Assembly (NCBI GenBank): GCA_965279515.1
Contig: CBDIID010000003.1
Location: forward strand, 3,360,001-3,424,000
Direction of reading: 5' to 3'
Origin: Turneriella sp.
Lineage (GTDB): Bacteria; Spirochaetota; Leptospiria; Turneriellales; Turneriellaceae
Length of the DNA stretch: 64,000 bases
The notes under the pieces are model-generated. The model searched no databases. It had not been told where the DNA came from and saw nothing but the letters and a program-made list of their open reading frames with translations. Within the stretch, counting starts at the first letter, position 1. Every line of letters begins with the position of its first letter. A program made the position numbers and the translations under genes. Of this stretch, positions 58,701 to 64,000 are shown one piece after another.

Positions 58701-58815
58701 CGGCGAACGATGCTGTGACCGCAAAGGCGATAAAAGAGCCGACGAAAAAAAAGTTAAAATAAATCTGCGAGAAATCCACGGAGGGTGAGCTTGCCGCGTC
58801 CAGAGAGGCGGTCAA
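55723..58815 (-). CDS. Multi-TM sensor HAMP-SpoIIE phosphatase with TPRs
   Basis: Multi-TM N-domain, HAMP, IGGD, DAMGKS, GSDG, DDLS, TPRs. Confidence 0.9.
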   Translation of the reverse strand: MTASLDAASSPSVDFSQIYFNFFFVGSFIAFAVTASFAVFLLTLRNKSSATLHLGVALAFLALFNAAYLIPYSVYSPLAAYHRWLTVGTILPAVLHFTQFLLRFPKVDHPRLTTTLMWLQWTIHIGITSVFIYSSAKTGVVFNSQGHYFDLDADSISTIQSAFILGYILFSVVVGVWRFFIRRGAHRWALLAQALILFFVMMIPAVLNSLSRDGRVSRELFQNAYAIFIVIGLFIILVVFLNTTPDRTSFMSKIIGISLVTFLLVMQVLASRTLTRRDADYDTLKKEEAGRVMLGGRPPDDMAWLRGFNARTGQAKIYLGKPPESAPANLLLFSAWREGFSTPEISTRLPEGKSRAWLAALADLRSRQTGDTVEEKFAALEAKLRILKSRLVRLNWMDFRSRAEKLLKAQGALEKDAADFFLGQLHSSKNEGRELRQEVADAFIQPLKSGARDYPEQGGAHFVSFRWYDPYTTTVYEAGFHYLKYRAYVRDAALDFFILTLGGLILLLTVFPVFFHLALVSPLNKLLAGVANVNQGNLDAQVKIGVEDEIGTLARSFNNMTVSIREARQKLQEYAVGLEQKVSERTRDLEQTLGQVQELKQQQDGDYFLTSLMLNPLGSNRATSDLYRIEFLVKQKKQFDFKHWQAEIGGDICVADRITLKDEDYIVILNADAMGKSMQGAGGAVVLGSAFHAILDRCRISRAESNRFPESWIRDAFVELHKIFAVFDGSMLVSIFLGLIHEKSGAMFFTNAEHPWPVILRNGHAEFLKTAVFYRKLGIIPGLEKYPWKVLRDDSPFHVDTIQLKPGDVLLVGSDGRDDLMLGISKDKERVINEDENIFRRLAEETHGDLKELFEKLTNAGEITDDLSLIRVEANIPSARLSIDDKSILSELTAAYKRGEPALALKLSEDVQNPTERAASRARIFFKIQNFSKAIEEALMALELDPLKHDLIYVLVRSYKKQHEYKAAYECAERFRLRNPSHTGNLVHLAHLAVILHFDKEAQLYAEEALRLSPGIPAAEQIMQKIASIT

Positions 58816-59017
58816 ATGGTTTTGGCGAAATTTAAAGGGAACTCAGCGCAGTGCGCTTATGGTTTACGTATTCTGAAACACAAGACAGCCGCATTCTGAT
58901 TGCATGCCTGAGTATAGGCTTTCTGTCCTATGTCGTTGGTGCAGGAAATCCCCATTGCCTGATGAGCCGGGGCTGGCGATTTTGCTTTTGCTTTGGTTAT
59001 CCGCATTCAACCAAAAC

Positions 59018-60109
59018 TCATGTACTTTGATCAATGCCGTGCGCCGCCGCAACAGCGGTGTTCACGACCTTGTGGTCTATCACATTGATGCCTCCCTGGA
59101 TTTCAGGAAACTTGCTGCGGGCTTCTTCGAGGCCGAGATCGGCAAGTATTTCGACATAGCGGAACGTTGCATTTGTCAGCGCCTGCGTCGAGGTTCGGGC
59201 ATACGCTCCCGGCATGTTTGTCACGCAGTAGTGGATCACCCCCTCTTCGGTATAGACGGGCGCGTCGTGTGAAGTGGGCCGCGATGTTTCGGAGCAGCCG
59301 CCCTGATCGATGGCGATATCGACGAAGACACTGCCCGGCTGCATCAAACGCAATAAGTCGCGGCCGAGGATTTTCGGCGCTTTGGCGCCGGGAAGCAGAA
59401 CTGCGCCGATGAGTAGATCCACATGCGGTAAAAGATCGGCGAGATGTGATTCGTTTGAGTAGAGCGTATGCGCTGTGTGCAGTGAAATATCGAGGTAGCG
59501 CATGCGTTCGATATCGACTTCGAGAATCGTGACATCCGCCCGCAGCCCCTGCGCCATACGCGCGGCATTGGTGCCTGCAGAGCCGCCGCCCAACACCACA
59601 ACTTTGCCCGGTAGAACGCCGGGTACGCCGCCGAGCAGTGTGCCGCGGCCGCCATTCTGGTTGGCGAGAAAATAGCCGCCCACGAGCACGCTCATGCGCC
59701 CGGCGATTTCGCTCATGGGTTCGAGAAGCGGCAGGCGCCTGCCGACTTCGATGGTTTCATAGGCAATCGCGGTAACGCCGGATTGCATCAGGTCTTGGGT
59801 TAACGTTTTGTCCGCGGCCAAATGCAGGTAGCAGAAAAGGATCTGCCCGGCGCGCAGGAGGGCCCGCTCTTCGGGCAGGGGTTCTTTCACCTTCACAATC
59901 ATTTCGGCTTCGCCATACACGTTTGCGGCCTTATCGACAATGCGCGCACCGGCCAATTCGTATTCCTGGTCGTGGTATCCCGACCCGATGCCGGCGTTGC
60001 GTTCTACCAGAACCGAGTGCCCCTTTTTGACCAGGTGGTAAACGATCGAGGGCAACAATGCCACGCGGTACTCGCGGTTCTTGATTTCTTTGGGGACTCC
60101 GACGACCAT
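59018..60109 (-). CDS. ald: Alanine dehydrogenase
   Basis: GVPKEIKNREYRV, KVKEP, PMSEIAG, AIDQGG, NMPGA. Confidence 0.95.
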   Translation of the reverse strand: MVVGVPKEIKNREYRVALLPSIVYHLVKKGHSVLVERNAGIGSGYHDQEYELAGARIVDKAANVYGEAEMIVKVKEPLPEERALLRAGQILFCYLHLAADKTLTQDLMQSGVTAIAYETIEVGRRLPLLEPMSEIAGRMSVLVGGYFLANQNGGRGTLLGGVPGVLPGKVVVLGGGSAGTNAARMAQGLRADVTILEVDIERMRYLDISLHTAHTLYSNESHLADLLPHVDLLIGAVLLPGAKAPKILGRDLLRLMQPGSVFVDIAIDQGGCSETSRPTSHDAPVYTEEGVIHYCVTNMPGAYARTSTQALTNATFRYVEILADLGLEEARSKFPEIQGGINVIDHKVVNTAVAAAHGIDQST

Positions 60110-60248
60110 AAGACAGAGGGTAAATCTGAGGGGGTAAGGCAAGAATTAAGCCCAAAAGCCTGCAGATTCAGGTTGTGAAGGCTTGAAAACGATTGACGCC
60201 GTGTCAAAAATGCCGTTTTTTCCGCCTAGATTCCCGTATGGGAAAAAT

Positions 60249-60321
<73 letters not shown>

Positions 60322-60551
60322 CAATTTATTCTTCCATCATTGCAACTCGCCCCGCATGGCTTCATCGGGCAATAAATCATCAAAACTATGGCACCGTAAA
60401 TTTGCCTTAGAAGCGAATCCCATCTGAAATAAATTTGAATGTTTGGGGTTGCAGGCGCTTTTGGGGAAGCGAGCAACAGGCTTTGACAGAATTTCCTTTA
60501 CGTGCGGTTGCCGAGCTACGAGGTTCCGTAAATTCTCATAAGTAGCATGAA

Positions 60552-61316
60552 ATGCGTGATATCATCAAAAATATACGTATCCTGATCATAGGCTTGGCAC
60601 TTTCACCGGGCTGCTCAAACAATACCACTGCAAGTACGGCTACACCCTTTACTTTGACTCTCTCTGCACCCGGATACCCAAACAAGAGCTTCTCGGCATA
60701 TGTTTATGGAGGGGGGGCTTTGAAGGGAGTTGTGCGGTCAAATACGAAGACCGATGTGAAGGGTAATCTGACCGTGACTGCGGTAGCAGTGAATGCCAAT
60801 AACTGTGCCACGAGCGGGACTATCACAGACGATGCTTCATCTTATAGCATACATGCGCGACTTGATGGCGCAGGCGATAGTAGTTTTATCTATCCCACAG
60901 GGTGCGCGAGCGATGCGGGTTTTCTAAATACGGCGAGTCTGGGGTATAGCTATGCAGGTAAGGGATATTGGCCACTAAACCTCAACTATCTTGATGTGAC
61001 CTATAAAAACACTTTTTCGCTCTCAGGAACAGGAGTTGGGACCGTAACGCGCCTTACGTATTGTAGCGTCGTTGATTCGCAGATTGCAACCCCCACGATC
61101 AACACAAGTTCTATTATGGGGTATGCGCAGGGCAACGTGAACTTTACGGCAGGGTCAGCAACGTTAACTACAAATTATACCGTTGCGGGTGTATACTTGG
61201 CCGTGTACAAATACTTCTGCTGGATTGATGCGAATAATAACGGATCCTACGGCAGCGGTGATCTAATAGCCACGAGTACTTCAACAACCATATCGAGCTG
61301 GACTACGATACCATGA
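60552..61316 (+). CDS. Putative lipoprotein
   Basis: Lipobox-like SPGC; CWIDANNNGSYGSGD. Confidence 0.75.
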   Translation: MRDIIKNIRILIIGLALSPGCSNNTTASTATPFTLTLSAPGYPNKSFSAYVYGGGALKGVVRSNTKTDVKGNLTVTAVAVNANNCATSGTITDDASSYSIHARLDGAGDSSFIYPTGCASDAGFLNTASLGYSYAGKGYWPLNLNYLDVTYKNTFSLSGTGVGTVTRLTYCSVVDSQIATPTINTSSIMGYAQGNVNFTAGSATLTTNYTVAGVYLAVYKYFCWIDANNNGSYGSGDLIATSTSTTISSWTTIP

Positions 61317-62104
61317 AGAATATTTTTTTTATTATCGTAATGCTCCTGCAGATTGGTCAGGTAGCTTGTACGAATTCAGGAAACGCAACTGTGGCAATTG
61401 ATACTCTCTATCCCCTATCCCTGAAAGTGAGCCTGCCTTCTTATCCAAATAAGAAATTCTCTGCCTATTTGTTTGGCAATAACAAGCTAATCGGCGTAGT
61501 GCGTTCTAACAATGTGCTCGATGCTTCCGGGTCCCTAACCGTAAATATGATGGCCGTCGATGCGCAGAATTGTGCTACGTCGACCCAGGCTTTGGGGCCT
61601 AGTAGCATCCTTTACCATTTGCATGCCCGCGTCGACAGCAACTCTGATCCCAGCTTTGTCTATCCCTCGGGATGTCCAAGCGATGCCGGGTTGCTTTCCA
61701 TGGCCGGGCAGGGATACGCTACTTTGATCTCTACGTCCACATACAATGCCTGGCCCTATTATGTTTCTTATGTTTATAACACAACAACCGTAAGTTTTAC
61801 GTTTACAAATACCGGGCTCGGCACCGTCAGTCGCCAGGCGTATTGCAGCGTTTTGGACGGCCAAATACTCAACCCAAGTATTTCCGTCTCTTCGACGCTC
61901 GGCTATGCTCAGGGAGCAGTTTCTTTTACCGCCGGTACCGGCACGGCAACAACAACGATGAAATTTGAGCAGGGTGCAGCCATAGCTTTCAAATACGCAT
62001 GCTGGATCGATGCGAACGGGAGCGGCACTTATAATTCCGGTGATCTGATTGCTGACGGCACGGGCAGCTCCGCAACCATTTCAAACTGGAAGACGGTTCC
62101 TTAA
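61313..62104 (+). CDS. Putative lipoprotein (paralog of the upstream gene)
   Basis: Lipobox QVAC; shares YPNK, GVVRSN, HAR, GYAQG, CWIDAN. Confidence 0.75.
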   Translation: MKNIFFIIVMLLQIGQVACTNSGNATVAIDTLYPLSLKVSLPSYPNKKFSAYLFGNNKLIGVVRSNNVLDASGSLTVNMMAVDAQNCATSTQALGPSSILYHLHARVDSNSDPSFVYPSGCPSDAGLLSMAGQGYATLISTSTYNAWPYYVSYVYNTTTVSFTFTNTGLGTVSRQAYCSVLDGQILNPSISVSSTLGYAQGAVSFTAGTGTATTTMKFEQGAAIAFKYACWIDANGSGTYNSGDLIADGTGSSATISNWKTVP

Positions 62105-62111
62105 AATTCCG

Positions 62112-62894
62112 ATGCGAAAGTTGAAAAAATACCTTGTTGCCGCATCTTGCCTGCTTCTCGGCTTTAGCACAATTTATTCCCAAAAACCGGTAATTTCCGA
62201 ACGGCCAAAAGTAACGACGGACGCCAATGTCCCTTCTCTCCAATTTGATTCAGAAAACGAAAAATCGGAGGAAGAAGAATTACTCGAGCGGCAAAAGGCA
62301 GAGAAAGCAGCCGCCGAGAAAAAAGCGCAGGAAGAAGCCGAAAAAGCCAGGGCTGCTGCTGCGCGGAGACCTAAATTCTATGCCGGAGCAACAGGATTGT
62401 TAGGGGTTTCGCTCAATTCAATCCAAGGTGTAGGGTATGGTTTTGGTGGCCATTTTGGTGGTGTATTTTTTCAACGGTTGGGCCTGACCTTGGGTTTTTC
62501 CACGGGGCAGGTGAAGACGAAAGCAGCCCAGCTGAAAGCGGGGAATTCCACGCTCAATCTCAATAGTGGAAATACTCTGGGTTTTCTCGAATTTAACCTA
62601 ACGGCGTCTTATGTCTTTCCCCGGATTTCTGGCTTTGAGATCGCTCTGGGTGCGGGCGCCCAGCTTATCAGCCTTGGCAGCCCTTCGATCAGCATTAGCA
62701 ACGCCTTTGGTCCCTTGGCTGCCGTTTCGGCTCATTACCCCATGTTCAGCCGAATCGAAATCGGCATGATTAGCACCCTAGCTTTTTCCGGTGTGAACTC
62801 TGTTTCCTCGGGGTTTTCGGCGTACGGCTTAGATTCCCGGCAAAGTCTCATGGCCCTGAATTTTTTGGTCTCAATTCGATTTCAGCTTCAATAA
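62112..62894 (+). CDS. Outer-membrane beta-barrel-like protein with charged helical N-region
   Basis: Signal peptide, E/K/A-rich helix, amphipathic strands. Confidence 0.65.
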   Translation: MRKLKKYLVAASCLLLGFSTIYSQKPVISERPKVTTDANVPSLQFDSENEKSEEEELLERQKAEKAAAEKKAQEEAEKARAAAARRPKFYAGATGLLGVSLNSIQGVGYGFGGHFGGVFFQRLGLTLGFSTGQVKTKAAQLKAGNSTLNLNSGNTLGFLEFNLTASYVFPRISGFEIALGAGAQLISLGSPSISISNAFGPLAAVSAHYPMFSRIEIGMISTLAFSGVNSVSSGFSAYGLDSRQSLMALNFLVSIRFQLQ

Positions 62895-62965
62895 TTTTTC
62901 TCATTTCTGCTGCTATATTGCTTTACAACCACGGGCATGGCACCCTTCATCGGTCCGGAACGGGT

Positions 62966-63301
62966 ATGCAATTCACGCGGCGCGAAACGAATGGTACTGT
63001 CATACTGACGCTCTCCGGCGAAATCGAGATCTATAATACCGGCGCCGTTCAGGCAGAAGTCAAAGGCCTGATTGCCGCGAAAAAAGTCCGGCTGGTGCTC
63101 AACATGGAGGCGGTGCCGTTTATCGATTCGACGGGCATCGGCATGGTGCTGCAGTTCCAGAAAAATCTCAGGGCCGGCGGCGGCGGATTAAAACTCGCGC
63201 AAATTTCTCCCGCCGTAGATAAAGTTTTTCACCTGACGAAGCTGAATTCAGTCCTTGAAATTTTCGATTCCGAAGAAGACGCCATAGCCTCTTTCCGCTA
63301 A
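62966..63301 (+). CDS. STAS anti-anti-sigma factor
   Basis: LSGEIE, FIDSTGIG. Confidence 0.88.
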   Translation: MQFTRRETNGTVILTLSGEIEIYNTGAVQAEVKGLIAAKKVRLVLNMEAVPFIDSTGIGMVLQFQKNLRAGGGGLKLAQISPAVDKVFHLTKLNSVLEIFDSEEDAIASFR

Positions 63302-63349
63302 ATTGCATTTTTTGGCTGTTTCGCGCGAAACTTCGGATATTGAACATAA

Positions 63350-64000
63350 GTGATTCCCTTTTCTGTTCTCGACCTGGCGCCGATCACCGAAGGCGGCGAC
63401 GCGACGACTTCTTTTAAGAATACGCTCGAACTTGCGCAGCGCGCCGAAGCGTGGGGGTATAACCGCTTCTGGCTGGCGGAGCACCACGGCATGCCGGGCA
63501 TTGCCAGCGCCGCGACGGCAGTGCTCATCGGCCATGTCGCCCAAGGCACAAAAACAATCCGCGTCGGCGCGGGCGGCATCATGCTGCCGAACCATGCGCC
63601 GCTGGTGATCGCCGAACAGTTTGGCACGCTCGAGTGCCTGTACCCCGGGCGCATCGACCTGGGGCTGGGCCGTGCGCCGGGCTCTGACCAGGTTACTGCG
63701 CAGGCATTGCGCCGCAATCTCGCGGTGTCGAGCGATGAGTTTCCGCAGGATGTCATGGAGCTCATCGATTATTTTGCCGCTGAACCGAAAGGTCGTGTGC
63801 GCGCGGTACCGGGTGCAGGCCTCAAGGTACCTCTCTGGATTTTGGGCTCGAGTCTCTTTGGCGCGCAGATGGCTGCGGCCTTTGGTCTTCCTTATGCCTT
63901 CGCTTCACATTTTGCGCCGCAGCTGATCGACGAAGCCATTCAGCAATACCGTTCATACTTCAGACCGTCGCAGTTTTTGGATAAACCCTATGTCATGCTC
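63350..64000 (+). CDS. Luciferase-like (LLM class) flavin monooxygenase, 3'-truncated by window
   Basis: GTG start; [43 protein letters not shown]; not in the supplied ORF track. Confidence 0.92.
   Translation, partial: MIPFSVLDLAPITEGGDATTSFKNTLELAQRAEAWGYNRFWLAEHHGMPGIASAATAVLIGHVAQGTKTIRVGAGGIMLPNHAPLVIAEQFGTLECLYPGRIDLGLGRAPGSDQVTAQALRRNLAVSSDEFPQDVMELIDYFAAEPKGRVRAVPGAGLKVPLWILGSSLFGAQMAAAFGLPYAFASHFAPQLIDEAIQQYRSYFRPSQFLDKPYVML

Noticed and set aside
58955..58985. Hammerhead ribozyme (CTGATGAG...)
   Set aside because: Downstream core is CGAT, not GAAA; no convincing flanking stems
63298..63926. ORFs 63298-63765 (-) and 63621-63926 (+)
   Set aside because: Shadows of the LLM monooxygenase that runs off the window

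Overview
Chromosomal window from a moderately GC-rich bacterium. Gene content suggests Leptospiraceae, Turneriella-like (inference from metX-metW, spirochaete-type lipoprotein signals, a membrane-anchored AraC, and multiple SpoIIE and STAS genes). Housekeeping genes (rplS, rnhB, purB, metX, metW, ald, tRNA-Asn) are interleaved with accessory envelope and lipid genes. I saw no CRISPR array, transposase, integrase or reverse transcriptase. Most notable: (1) an ECF sigma / membrane anti-sigma / exported caspase-beta-barrel operon in which protease and anti-sigma share an R-x-K-G motif; (2) three tandem 6-blade NHL-type lipoproteins built from 159-bp repeats that vary mainly at a few positions, followed by an intact single-blade lipoprotein; (3) eukaryote-like lipid enzymes (SPT-like AOS, DES1-like desaturase, PIG-B-like glycosyltransferase); (4) a ~160-nt multi-stem element upstream of rplS; (5) dispersed palindromic repeats that encode protein C-termini; (6) a SpoIIE/STAS/TPR/beta-barrel partner-switching locus. 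All family assignments come from motif recognition by eye; no searches were run.
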